The notes beneath the pieces are model-generated. The model saw only the letters and a list, made by a program, of their open reading frames with translations, searched no databases and had not been told where the DNA came from. Below, one piece after another: positions 1 to 8,994 of a stretch of DNA of 64,000 nucleotides (position 1 is the stretch's first letter; the number at the start of each line of letters is the position of its first letter). The stretch comes from Oceanospirillaceae bacterium (lineage in GTDB: Bacteria > Pseudomonadota > Gammaproteobacteria > Pseudomonadales > Balneatricaceae). A program made the translations under genes and the position numbers. The DNA is taken from assembly GCA_036960485.1 (NCBI GenBank), contig JBALXS010000016.1, positions 634-64,633 of the forward strand. The letters are read 5' to 3'.

Positions 1-124
1 CGAGTACATCACCTTGACCAGGCATGATGAACACCATGTTATCGACATAATCAGTGACAAGTGCATCAAAATCACCGGCACCTATTGCATCCCAACCTCT
101 TTGTACTATTTCTGATAAGCTCAT
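1..124 (-). CDS. SnoaL/NTF2-like small protein, partial (runs off window start); probable integron cassette gene
   Basis: ATG at 124 preceded by AAGGAATTAAA. Translates MSLSEIVQRGWDAIGAGDFDALVTDYVDNMVFIMPGQGDVL, typical of an NTF2/SnoaL fold start (W-x-A-x-x-x-G-D...Y...V-F-x-M-P-G). Confidence 0.65.
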   Translation of the reverse strand, partial: MSLSEIVQRGWDAIGAGDFDALVTDYVDNMVFIMPGQGDVL

Positions 125-169
125 TTTAATTCCTTCTTTATGGTTGTGTATCATTCTTAATTTAATGTC

Positions 170-262
170 GCTGAACGCCTTACTAAGCGGCGCGAAATAG
201 TTGGCTAAAGTGTACGAAAAAGAAGTGCTAGCCTACTGTTTAGCATCCGTTGAGCCATTTGT
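170..262 (-). other. attC-like integron recombination site (interrupted)
   Basis: Plus strand reads GCTGAAC...CTAAGCGG...AAATAGTTGGCTA...TAGCCTACTGTTT...CCGTTGAG CCATTTGT. These are nested imperfect inverted repeats, with a degenerate core (GTTCAGC on minus) just upstream of the cassette gene. The expected opposite core GTTATGC is displaced to 1064-1070. Confidence 0.65.
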
Positions 263-640
263 GCACGCCAGTATAGGCATGAACTAATGAGGTGAAAGTC
301 CTCTGTAGGAGAAACGCCGTTTATTAAAGGTGCTTTTATTAAACGTTAACTACTAGTGAATGGCAAGGGCTTGGTCGTGAAATCTGATCTGGAGAAAGCG
401 GCTAGCTTCTTTGTTTTAAGCAAGGTGAGCTGATGAAAAAGTATGTATATCAGGCGTAACCTGAAGGCTAGTTGGCAATGCTGGCCTGTGAAACGTTTTG
501 GATCGAAGACGGCGAAACCGGTGATACTTTTGGCTAGAGAACACGGCTGCCGTAAAGATGGGGTTGTACAGTGAAAGTTCATGTCCATTGTTTAAATAAT
601 AGAAGGTGGGGAAGTCTGCTAAACAAGCGATCATTACTGT
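261..640 (+). mobile_element. 5' fragment (domain I region) of a group II intron, class C-like; no RT ORF or domain V/VI
   Basis: Starts GTGCACGCCAGTATAGGCATG...GAGGTGAAAGTCCTC. Contains GCAAGGG...TCTGGAGAAAGCGG and GTGAAAGTTCATGTCCATT...GGGGAAGTCTGC, which match recalled IIC domain I landmarks. Begins at a TTGT motif inside the attC, opposite to cassette orientation. Confidence 0.7.
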
Positions 641-649
641 ATGTTATTA

Positions 650-684
<35 letters not shown>

Positions 685-811
685 AGTGAGGCTCTGTTCC
701 ATAAGTGTCTTGGTTTCGAGTATCTCATCACTGGAGAGAGGGTGGTTCTCGAGTGACTTGCTTTTCGTTAACTGACTTATTTTGTAAACTTTTAAATTTT
801 AAAAGGTTTCG

Positions 812-1063
812 ACTTGGTCGAATTCATTTCTTTTGTGTGGCCAAAAGAAACCGAACCAAAGCGCTCTTTGCCATATGCGGTAACGCTAATACTGTAGATA
901 AAAAGGCTACCCACGATTACCGAAAGGCCTCTAGGCTATTTAGTAAATAGCTGCGACGCTAATCTGAAGGGCTACTTTAGCTCGCTGTCATAATTAATAC
1001 CAAGCTAGAATAAACGAAGCCCATAGTATGATGGTTGCATTGGCGAAGTAGCGTAGGCCAGCC
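812..1063. repeat. REP/MITE-like structured intergenic repeat element
   Basis: Hairpins TTCGAC-TTG-GTCGAA, TTTCTTTTG-TGTGGC-CAAAAGAAA and GCTATTTA-G-TAAATAGC (935-951). The ttcttttg..caaaagaaaccgaaccaaag end resembles recalled gammaproteobacterial intergenic repeats. Confidence 0.45.
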
Positions 1064-1072
1064 GTTATGCGC

Positions 1073-1408
1073 TTAGTATTCAGAACTTTTCCAACCTATT
1101 ATTATTCGGCCAAAAATAATGCCTACAAAACCTATGATAATATTAACAACACCTGATGCCAAATATGCAATCCCCGCGTGGCCATGATCAATACTAACAC
1201 CATAAAACTCATAAACTAGAGCAACCCATTCATAACCATATACAGAAATAAGTATAGCTACGCTAACATATACACAACTAAACCAGTTTTTTGCAGATTT
1301 ACCCTGCTGCTGATTCTGCACTACCTTTCTTCTAAAGTGATAAATCACCAGTATAAGAAGAACCACATTAAAAATAAAACTTAAAGAGTATGACAATTTA
1401 GATTTCAC
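1073..1408 (-). CDS. Hypothetical membrane protein (about 3 TM), probable gene cassette
   Basis: 111 aa ORF, GTG start, hydrophobic segments. Stop TAA is followed after 2 nt by GCATAAC (attC R''-like). A degenerate ATTATGT core lies just upstream. Confidence 0.65.
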   Translation of the reverse strand: MKSKLSYSLSFIFNVVLLILVIYHFRRKVVQNQQQGKSAKNWFSCVYVSVAILISVYGYEWVALVYEFYGVSIDHGHAGIAYLASGVVNIIIGFVGIIFGRIIIGWKSSEY

Positions 1409-1519
1409 CTAGTACACATAGACATAATGATTCTCTCGAAATGTTAGCCCAAAACTCGTAAGTCAGACTAACCCGAGCCATAATATAGATTGGAATATAG
1501 CATATGAAGGGAAATAATT

Positions 1520-1773
1520 ATGCAAAACAATAACATAATATTCATTGGGCTCGATGCTTATAAATTTCCCCTCAAATTGCTTACAGTTAGGACGCTAGTA
1601 ACGCAGGAATCTTTCATTTAGGTAATGATAAAAGTACCGAAAAAAATTGCTCATTAAGCTTGCCCGCAAACGGCAAGCAAAATACCCTAAAGTCACTTTG
1701 CACTTTATCTATAAAGAGAGTCATTGGTTCTATCTATTCTTAACCCATTTAGGTCCTTGTTGTTATGGTTTAA
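1520..1773 (+). pseudogene. IS110-family transposase remnant (N-terminal DEDD/RuvC region)
   Basis: Starts MQNNNIIFIGLDAYK after GAAGGGAA. Frameshifted pieces read TQIAY...HLG and KLARKRQAKYPKVTLHFIY...LTHLGPCCY, matching IS110 N-termini (FIGLDTHK...KLARQLQSKYPKATLHF.YEAG...LGHCCYV). Contains stops and is truncated. Confidence 0.75.
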
Positions 1774-1903
1774 ATTTATGCAGATGGGCTCAGGTGCATT
1801 CTTACAGCTAGATAGATAGAGGTCAAAGCGCTCGAAAGGGTATCAGTAAGCAGATAGGAATCCCCTGCACCCGAAGAGCTAGCGTGTGCTTCAACTAACT
1901 TTA

Positions 1904-1931
1904 AAATTCTTAGGGGTGCTCCTAAGAATTT
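1904..1931. terminator. Perfect hairpin near the probable right end of the IS110 remnant
   Basis: AAATTCTTAGG-GGTGCT-CCTAAGAATTT. Confidence 0.45.
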
Positions 1932-2083
1932 GTTACTTTTTACATAACGATCTAATAAAAAATTCTGTGTATAGATGAGAAATAGATACTGCGTAGACAG
2001 AATCAGAGGCTTTCGATATTACGCTTTCCCAAATAGAAAATTCTTTTTCAAGTTGACTCTACATAGTTAGGAATATTCTACTG

Positions 2084-2482
2084 CTACGTGTTTTTGTTGA
2101 TTTTCTTGTTATGTTTTTTGTGCCACAGCATGCATATAAATAATGCAAATATACCGCTAAGGTAAGTTGCAAGCAAAGGAATTATTGTAAGCTGATAGGC
2201 ATGTTTATAATCTTCTGGATAGTATGAATCACCCGCTAAAACCCAAGCTGTAATAGCTCCAAAAATTAACCAAACGATTGAAGCTATTTGTTTATGGCTA
2301 GGTGCTGTGGCATAACCAGATATAACTACAAAAAAAGCAGCAAAAGAACCAATCATAGGCTTTTTCCAAACGCCAATAAAATCAGCAATTAACCCTGCGC
2401 TGATTGCTGAAACCAAAAATACAATGACTACTATTACACATGATAAAGCAAAACCTCTAACTTGATTCATACTCAGACCCAT
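2084..2482 (-). CDS. Hypothetical 4-TM membrane protein, probable gene cassette (alternative start 2470)
   Basis: 132 aa hydrophobic ORF. Its 3' end runs into ACATAACAAGAAAATCAACAA, a typical attC R''/L'' start. Confidence 0.7.
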   Translation of the reverse strand: MGLSMNQVRGFALSCVIVVIVFLVSAISAGLIADFIGVWKKPMIGSFAAFFVVISGYATAPSHKQIASIVWLIFGAITAWVLAGDSYYPEDYKHAYQLTIIPLLATYLSGIFALFICMLWHKKHNKKINKNT

Positions 2483-2563
2483 TGAAAAGCATTACAGCTT
2501 AATACTGCGTATGGCTGTTTATTCGGAAAAGAAATTTCTATTTGTATGAAACTTCCCTTGGCT

Positions 2564-2581
2564 AAACAAGCATGCTTGTTT
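2564..2581. repeat. Perfect 18-bp palindrome
   Basis: AAACAAGCATGCTTGTTT is its own reverse complement. Confidence 0.85.
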
Positions 2582-3083
2582 GTAAAAAATAACGAGTTTC
2601 TCATTATTTTTTTAGTTCATATTTATACTACTAATATTGCGATAGTTTCGATAAAGTTACTAGGTAAACGAGCATAAAACTGAATGTTTAATGTGCAATT
2701 GGGCATAATTATCGGAGGGATATGTAAATAGCGCTGTTGTTATAAGCGGTCGTTACTAATGATGGTATTAATACAGTGAGACCACTGTAAAAACGTAGCG
2801 AGCGATAATATGATAAGGGAAAATATCGGCGAAATTGCGGAGTTATAAAAATATAAATTAGCATATAGAGCCGATTTTTATCGCCGTATTATTGAGCGCA
2901 GTTATCATACCCTTTAGGGTGAGTTATGCTCTCACAGAAATCAGCCTCGATATTTAAATATTAAAGAAGGGGGTATATCCTTAAGAAACCTGATTTGACA
3001 TACACTAAGTGTCTGCTTGGCCGATAACAGTTTTTGTTAACATTTGATAATCTAATAACTTCATAGCATCTAAGTCTATAGCA

Positions 3084-3983
3084 TCATTGCTCAAGCGTTT
3101 TTGTTTGCATTTCTAGCATGACCCATTGTTTAAAAACGTTCATAGCATAGCTTAGCGTGCGATCTTTTTGATAAACCAGATAAAATGACCGGTGAATATT
3201 TAAAGGTAGATCAAAGGGGATGATCAGTTTCCCTGATTCTAATTCTGGCCCTAATAATGTCGGATCACCGAGCGCAATACCGAGCTTCTCGGCGGCTGCT
3301 GCATTGGTAAGCATGCTATTAGATAGCTGTAAGCCTTTCTTGCGCTCTTTGAACTTAACGCCTGCTAATTCGAGCCATTGGCTCCACTCGGGTAAACGTT
3401 TGCTTACGTGGATTAATGGGTGATGGCGAATGTCTTGTGGATCTGATAATGGTTTTCTTTGGCTGATGATCTCGGGGCTGCATATAGGAACCAGGTAGAT
3501 GTCTTTTAAAAAATGCACTTGAACATCAGGCCAATTGCCGTTGCCGAAATAAATGGCCATATCAGTGCTGCTTTTATCAAAATCGATTAATCCCATTGAT
3601 GCGTTAATTTGTAGTTCGATATCAGGGTACAAATCTTGGAATTTTCCTAAACGGGGCATCATCCAACGTGTTAAAAAGTGGGGTGTCATGCTTATGGTTA
3701 TAGTATCAGTCTCTACACTAGCTTTTAGCTGCTCAGTCGCCTCAGCAATTTCTCTTAATGCATGTTTAATTGAGGCTAAATATTTTTCACCACTGGGTGT
3801 GAGTTGAGCATGGCGTTTTACTCTGTCAAATAAACTCACCCCTAAATAGTTTTCTAGTCCTTTAATTTGATGGCTAACAGCAGAAGAAGTTACTGCAAGT
3901 TCTTGTGCTGCTTGAACAAAACTGCCAGTACGAGCAGCGGCTTCAAAACTGCGTAAGGTATTAAGAGGCGGGAGGCGTAACAT
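3084..3983 (-). CDS. LysR-family transcriptional regulator (GcvA-like)
   Basis: MLRLPPLNTLRSFEAAARTGSF...AVSHQIKGLE HTH, followed by a GcvA-type substrate-binding domain. Confidence 0.92.
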   Translation of the reverse strand: MLRLPPLNTLRSFEAAARTGSFVQAAQELAVTSSAVSHQIKGLENYLGVSLFDRVKRHAQLTPSGEKYLASIKHALREIAEATEQLKASVETDTITISMTPHFLTRWMMPRLGKFQDLYPDIELQINASMGLIDFDKSSTDMAIYFGNGNWPDVQVHFLKDIYLVPICSPEIISQRKPLSDPQDIRHHPLIHVSKRLPEWSQWLELAGVKFKERKKGLQLSNSMLTNAAAAEKLGIALGDPTLLGPELESGKLIIPFDLPLNIHRSFYLVYQKDRTLSYAMNVFKQWVMLEMQTKTLEQ

Positions 3984-4145
3984 TTAAATGTCCATTGCTG
4001 AATTATTTTCATCATTGTGCTGAAAATTGATATTTTGTGCAAGCGCTAAAAAGGCATTAAACTACTCGCATATTAATTCACAGGGTACTCGACTTAGGAA
4101 ATATTCCTAAGCACAGAGGCTCCTGACCAAATGCGGAGTTTTACC

Positions 4146-4358
4146 ATGTCTAACCAATCAAATGATCAATTAGTAAGAACTATGTCAGGTGCCATCGATG
4201 TTGAGTACTACAATAGAGAAGCAAACCGTTTACGTAGTGAATTCTTACTAGCATTGATAACTAAAGCTTACCGCGCTGTTAAAAGCCATCTTGTAGCTTT
4301 GACTCAGAACAACACTTGTGCTGCTAATATGTTCTTATTAGAAAAGCTAGCAAAGTAA
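4146..4358 (+). CDS. Small protein resembling the RSP_7527 family, divergent from the LysR gene
   Basis: GGAG RBS. Motif SGAIDVEYYNREANRLRSE resembles recalled G-x-ID-x-x-YY-x-x-x-A-x-x-LR proteins found opposite GcvA-like regulators. Confidence 0.65.
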   Translation: MSNQSNDQLVRTMSGAIDVEYYNREANRLRSEFLLALITKAYRAVKSHLVALTQNNTCAANMFLLEKLAK

Positions 4359-4386
4359 ATTTTTTACACCCCTTAGAACGATTTTT

Positions 4387-4447
4387 TGGCTCGATTGTCT
4401 GGTTAGTTTTACTCAAGGGTAAACTAACTGGCTCTCGGGCCGTTTTT
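4387..4447 (+). terminator. Composite hairpin / probable terminator
   Basis: GGCTCGA...GGTTAGTTTTAC-TCAAGG-GTAAACTAACT...TCGGGCC followed by GTTTTT. Confidence 0.45.
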
Positions 4448-4769
4448 GTTCTGTTTAGGCTAAAAGTGCACTAGAGTGATACTTTTAAACTTCTTCCTAG
4501 CTATTTTAAAACTTACTTCTAGAAAATTAAGATAGATATCGCTCTTAGTGTATTCGTACTAACGCTGCGCTTCTATTCATTTTTTAATCACTAAGCTCTT
4601 ATTAAAGCCATTATATTCTTTTATTGAATTTTATCTTACTTACTAGCGCTGCTGGGTTGAAGCTCTATACTCTGTAGAAAGGTTTCGTTAAATCTAATTT
4701 AACTTAATCAGAATTCTTTGGGCATAGTAATACCATAAATACACTACCAAATTAATTTTAGTCGCTATA

Positions 4770-4789
4770 TACTGTATAAAAATACAGTA
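4770..4789 (+). promoter_or_regulatory. LexA (SOS) box of dinB
   Basis: TACTGTATAAAAATACAGTA is a consensus CTG-N10-CAG site 11 nt upstream of the ATG. Confidence 0.92.
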
Positions 4790-4800
4790 AGGCAAGATTG

Positions 4801-5853
4801 ATGCGAAAAATAATCCACTGTGATTGTGACTGCTTTTATGCAGCTGTGGAAATGCGCGATAATCCAGCGTTGGTTAATATTCCTATTGCTATAGGGGGAC
4901 GATCTGATCGGCGCGGTGTGATCTCTACTTGTAATTACCCGGCGCGTGAATTTGGTATCCATTCTGCAATGTCTAGCGCGCAAGCTTTGAAACGTTGTCC
5001 GCAATTGCATTTGATTAGCGGTAATATGCAAAAGTACAAGGAAGCTTCACAGCAGATTTTTACCATTTATAAGGAAGTGACTGAGCTTTTAGAGCCATTA
5101 TCTTTAGATGAAGCCTTTTTGGACGTCACTGATTCGCAACGTTTTTCAGGAAGCGCTACGCGCTTAGCACAGTATTTAAGATATAGAGTAGAAAAAGAAG
5201 TAGGTATCACCATTTCGGCAGGCGTAGCGCCAAATAAGTTTTTAGCTAAAATTGCTAGTGATTGGAATAAACCAAACGGTTTAAAGGTGGTCGCACCACA
5301 AGATATCAGCGCATTTGTTGAGCATTTGCCAGTTAAGAAAATTCATGGGGTTGGCCGTAAAACGGCTGAAAAAATGTATGCTTTAGGTATTGAAAATTGC
5401 CAGCACTTGCGCGAGCGTGGTGTCGATTTTCTACAACAACATTTTGGTAGCTTCGGTGAAAGGTTATATGAGCTAAGCCAAGGTATTGATAATCGAGCGG
5501 TCAGTAATACTCGTGATACTAAATCTATCAGTGTAGAACATACTTTCCCCAGCGATATTGATGAGTGCGCTACGTGTATAGAAAAGATCGATGCTTTACA
5601 ACAAGAGCTAAGTGAGCGCTACAAAAGGCTTAAGCAGCCACGTAGAGTTTCAGGTTTATTTGTAAAACTCAAGTTTCATGATTTTACGCAAACAACTGTT
5701 GAGCAGCAGGCGAGTATCAATCAACAATCGTTGTTCTCCTCGCTACTAAATCAAGCCTATAGTCGAGGTAATAAACCAGTGCGCTTAATTGGCTTGGGTT
5801 ACCGTTTGGCGCCTATTACAAATGCTTATCAGCAGTTACCTTTAGAGCTTTAA
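4801..5853 (+). CDS. dinB: DNA polymerase IV
   Basis: MRKIIHCDCDCFYAAVE, STCNYPAR and SLDEAFLD Y-family motifs; upstream LexA box. Confidence 0.96.
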   Translation: MRKIIHCDCDCFYAAVEMRDNPALVNIPIAIGGRSDRRGVISTCNYPAREFGIHSAMSSAQALKRCPQLHLISGNMQKYKEASQQIFTIYKEVTELLEPLSLDEAFLDVTDSQRFSGSATRLAQYLRYRVEKEVGITISAGVAPNKFLAKIASDWNKPNGLKVVAPQDISAFVEHLPVKKIHGVGRKTAEKMYALGIENCQHLRERGVDFLQQHFGSFGERLYELSQGIDNRAVSNTRDTKSISVEHTFPSDIDECATCIEKIDALQQELSERYKRLKQPRRVSGLFVKLKFHDFTQTTVEQQASINQQSLFSSLLNQAYSRGNKPVRLIGLGYRLAPITNAYQQLPLEL

Positions 5854-6110
5854 TGAGTAGGCTGTAAAATACTGTTCAAGTCTTAAGATTAAATTACAAC
5901 TTTTACTCAACATTAGCGCTAAATTTAAGAATAATATGCAACGAAAGTCATTTCCTGTGAAAAATGAAATGCGTCTAACTTGTGTATATTTTATTTGAAT
6001 TAGCAATGATCTGCGCTTATTTACTACTATCTGGTTAATCTATTTGCTAAACTTGTCGCCATTTTTCGCTGGGCTTATCCAGTGATATCGGATAGAAGGT
6101 TTCAAACTAC

Positions 6111-7679
6111 ATGTTCCAAATGCTTGTTTCCAAATCACAGAGTATGAAAAACGACGTGCTCTCTGGTTTAACTGTCGCTTTAGCGCTTGTTCCAGAGGCT
6201 GTAGCCTTTGCTTTTGTAGCGGGGGTAGCGCCGCTAGTTGGTCTTTATGCCGCGTTTATGGTAGGTCTAATCACAGCACTGATTGGCGGTCGGCCCGGGA
6301 TGATCTCAGGTGCTACAGGTGCATTAGCAGTAGTAATGGTGGCGCTAGTTGCCGATCACGGCGTTGAATACCTTTTTGCCACCGTTGTACTGATGGGCAT
6401 ACTGCAAGTATTAGCAGGAGTGTTCCGCTTAGGTAAGTTTATTCGTTTAGTACCCCATCCTGTGATGTTAGGTTTTGTGAATGGTTTGGCGATTGTTATC
6501 TTTTTATCACAAGTACCGATGTTGCAATCAGATACCCCTGACGGAAAATGGGGATGGATGTCTGGAACCTGGCTTAGTGATTCAGCGCTGTGGATCATGG
6601 TTGGTTTGATTGTATTAACGATGTCAATCATTCGTTTTTTACCGTTAGTGACTACTGCTGTTCCCTCTGCATTGGTAGCTATTGTCGTAGTGACTTTATT
6701 GGTGCTAGGTTTTGATCTTGAAACATTAACAGTTGTTAACTTTCTACAAGAGAAGACAGGTGATATAAACGCTACCATCGCAGCGGGCTTACCTGAGTTT
6801 CATTTCCCAATGGTGCCATTGAATATGGAAACATTGGTTATTATCTTCCCTTACGCTATTATTTTAGCGGCTATTGGTTTAATTGAATCATTATTAACCT
6901 TAACGTTGATAGATGAAATGACCAACACACGCGGACGCGGTAATAAGGAATGTATCGGTCAAGGTGTAGCTAACGTTGCAACTGGATTTTTCGGTGGCAT
7001 GGGCGGTTGTGCAATGATTGGTCAAAGTATGATCAACATTAACTCAGGTGGTCGTACTCGCGTATCAGGTGTTTCTGCTGCGTTATTTTTATTAGCCTTT
7101 ATTCTGTTTGGTTCAGCCTATATTGAAATGATCCCACTAGCGGCGTTAGTCGGCGTGATGTTCATGGTTGTGTTAGGTACCTTTGAATGGGCAAGCTTTC
7201 GTTTACTAGGGCGTATCCCACTGGGTGATACTTGTGTTGGTATAACGGTAGCAGTAGTGACGGTCTTCACTGACTTGGCAATAGCGGTAGTGGTTGGTGT
7301 TATTATGTCAGCGCTTATTTTTGCTTGGCGCCATGCTAAACACGTTGAAATGGAAACGCGATTAGAAAATGAAACCAAAGTATATTTACCACATGGGCCG
7401 TTGTTTTTTGCATCAGCGCAAAGTTTTAAAGATAACTTTACCCCGCAAAGTGATCCTAAAGATGTGATCATTGATTTTAAAGATGCACGTGTAGTTGATC
7501 ATTCGGGGATAGAGGCGATCGATGCTATTGCCGATAAATATGTTGCCGCTGGTACTGTATTGCATTTGCGTCATTTAAGTGCTGAATGTACTGCGTTGCT
7601 TGAGAAATCGGGGTCGCTAGTTGAAGCTAATGAAGATGAAGACCCTAAGTACAAAGTGGCAGATGACAGCCTAGCTTAA
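6111..7679 (+). CDS. SulP/SLC26-family anion transporter with C-terminal STAS domain
   Basis: [46 protein letters not shown]; STAS-like GPLFFAS...VIIDF. Confidence 0.93.
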   Translation: MFQMLVSKSQSMKNDVLSGLTVALALVPEAVAFAFVAGVAPLVGLYAAFMVGLITALIGGRPGMISGATGALAVVMVALVADHGVEYLFATVVLMGILQVLAGVFRLGKFIRLVPHPVMLGFVNGLAIVIFLSQVPMLQSDTPDGKWGWMSGTWLSDSALWIMVGLIVLTMSIIRFLPLVTTAVPSALVAIVVVTLLVLGFDLETLTVVNFLQEKTGDINATIAAGLPEFHFPMVPLNMETLVIIFPYAIILAAIGLIESLLTLTLIDEMTNTRGRGNKECIGQGVANVATGFFGGMGGCAMIGQSMININSGGRTRVSGVSAALFLLAFILFGSAYIEMIPLAALVGVMFMVVLGTFEWASFRLLGRIPLGDTCVGITVAVVTVFTDLAIAVVVGVIMSALIFAWRHAKHVEMETRLENETKVYLPHGPLFFASAQSFKDNFTPQSDPKDVIIDFKDARVVDHSGIEAIDAIADKYVAAGTVLHLRHLSAECTALLEKSGSLVEANEDEDPKYKVADDSLA

Positions 7680-7698
7680 AATAGTTTAGCTTGAATTA

Positions 7699-7737
7699 AC
7701 TCAACAGCTTTAAGTACCTGAATTTTAGCTGTTGAGT
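7699..7737. terminator. Hairpin between convergent sulP and AraC genes
   Basis: ACTCAACAGCT...AGCTGTTGAGT. Confidence 0.6.
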
Positions 7738-7854
7738 ATCACCCTTATTAAATACCTTCCTTGATTGTTGCCTCTTTATAGTCCTTTCCTTTTTTACTCG
7801 CTTAATACTTTATTTATAATGTTGTAGTCGTAACAAAAACCAAGCTTATGTTTT

Positions 7855-8859
7855 TTATTCAAGGCTTTCTTTGTATTCGCTGGGGTTGTATCCAGTCCAT
7901 TTTTTAAATGCACGGGTGAAAGATCTCGGTTCGCTAAACCCCAATGAACGGGCAATATGGGTAATTGAAACGCTATCGGCTATCAGTTTTTGTATGGCTA
8001 TATCACGCCTTATTTCATCTTTAATTTGTGGATAGGAGGTTTTTTCAGCTTTTAATTTGCGACGTAATGTTTGCGAGCTAACATTAAAATGAGTCGCTAA
8101 ATGCTCGAAGCTTGGGCAGTGTAAGATGTTTTGCTGCTGATGAATTAATAAGCTGCGAATTTTCGCTTGATAGCTTTTTTCTTCCCCTGGAATAGTAATA
8201 AAATCAGCGGGTGAGTTTTTCAATAAAATTGATAAATCACGCTTTGTTCTCACAGGTGCTAGGGCGAGGTAATCAATACTAAAGCTGAGTTTCAATGCAC
8301 TTTGCTCAAATATATTACGACAGGGAAAAGCGTGTTTTAGTTCGCTATGGTGTTCAGGTTTGGGGTAAGGAAAAGCGACTTGATACAGCACTATTTTTTT
8401 ACCGATTACCCAGCTGGCGAAACGGTGCCAAATCATTAGCCAGAACTCTTGAAAGAAATTGTCAATATCCAACGATGGTTTAGTAAAACTGATGGTAAGT
8501 TCTGCTGTTTTAGCTTTTGTGACTAGTTGCATGCCAAGGTCATCAGTAAATAGACTATAAAATTGAATACCTTTAGCTAATACTTGCTGCAAACTATCGT
8601 GCCCTAAAGCGTATTTACACATTAAGGCGAACACGCCATGCTTACAAGGATGCTCAGTACAGCCCATGAACTCATCATTGAGACGAGCCCAAGTATGCTT
8701 AATCATGTGGGTTATTTTTTCACCGGCAATGCGCGTATTCTTTTGCGCTAATAGATCGTCATTTAATCCCACTTCATTTTTTAGTTGATCAACATTCAGG
8801 TTGCGCCTTGAACTGCACTGCAAAATGGCTTTTGCGTAATGTATATCGACCGTTGCCAC
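7855..8859 (-). CDS. AraC-family regulator (OruR/ArgR-type N-terminal domain)
   Basis: C-terminal HTH pair (VSSQTLRRKL, LGFSEPRSFTRAFKKWTG); GTG start with GGAG RBS; divergent from the thiolase operon. Confidence 0.92.
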   Translation of the reverse strand: MATVDIHYAKAILQCSSRRNLNVDQLKNEVGLNDDLLAQKNTRIAGEKITHMIKHTWARLNDEFMGCTEHPCKHGVFALMCKYALGHDSLQQVLAKGIQFYSLFTDDLGMQLVTKAKTAELTISFTKPSLDIDNFFQEFWLMIWHRFASWVIGKKIVLYQVAFPYPKPEHHSELKHAFPCRNIFEQSALKLSFSIDYLALAPVRTKRDLSILLKNSPADFITIPGEEKSYQAKIRSLLIHQQQNILHCPSFEHLATHFNVSSQTLRRKLKAEKTSYPQIKDEIRRDIAIQKLIADSVSITHIARSLGFSEPRSFTRAFKKWTGYNPSEYKESLE

Positions 8860-8994
8860 TGTTTACTCCATATATTTTGTGCATATATTATTCATAACAT
8901 TGTAATAAAATGTGATCAATATAGTAAGCTAATGTCATTTTATTACTGTAGTAACTTCATTATAGTAATGCTTATTAAATATTGGAGAACAATT

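Noticed and set aside
690-706. GGCTCTGTTCCATAAGT resembling an IS5/IS903-type terminal inverted repeat
   Set aside because: No partner inverted repeat or transposase was seen in the window, and the match is too short to call.
1942-2114. Complete attC between perfectly complementary cores (GTTATGT at 2108-2114, ACATAAC at 1942-1948)
   Set aside because: The 173-bp span is longer than typical attC sites and the interior lacks an inverted repeat, looking more like a gene fragment. Only the cores are used as evidence.
8839-8994. N-terminal extensions in the track for thiolase (also relA, nhaB, benE, yeaH)
   Set aside because: Downstream ATGs have clear RBSs and match family N-termini; the extensions are non-coding leader.
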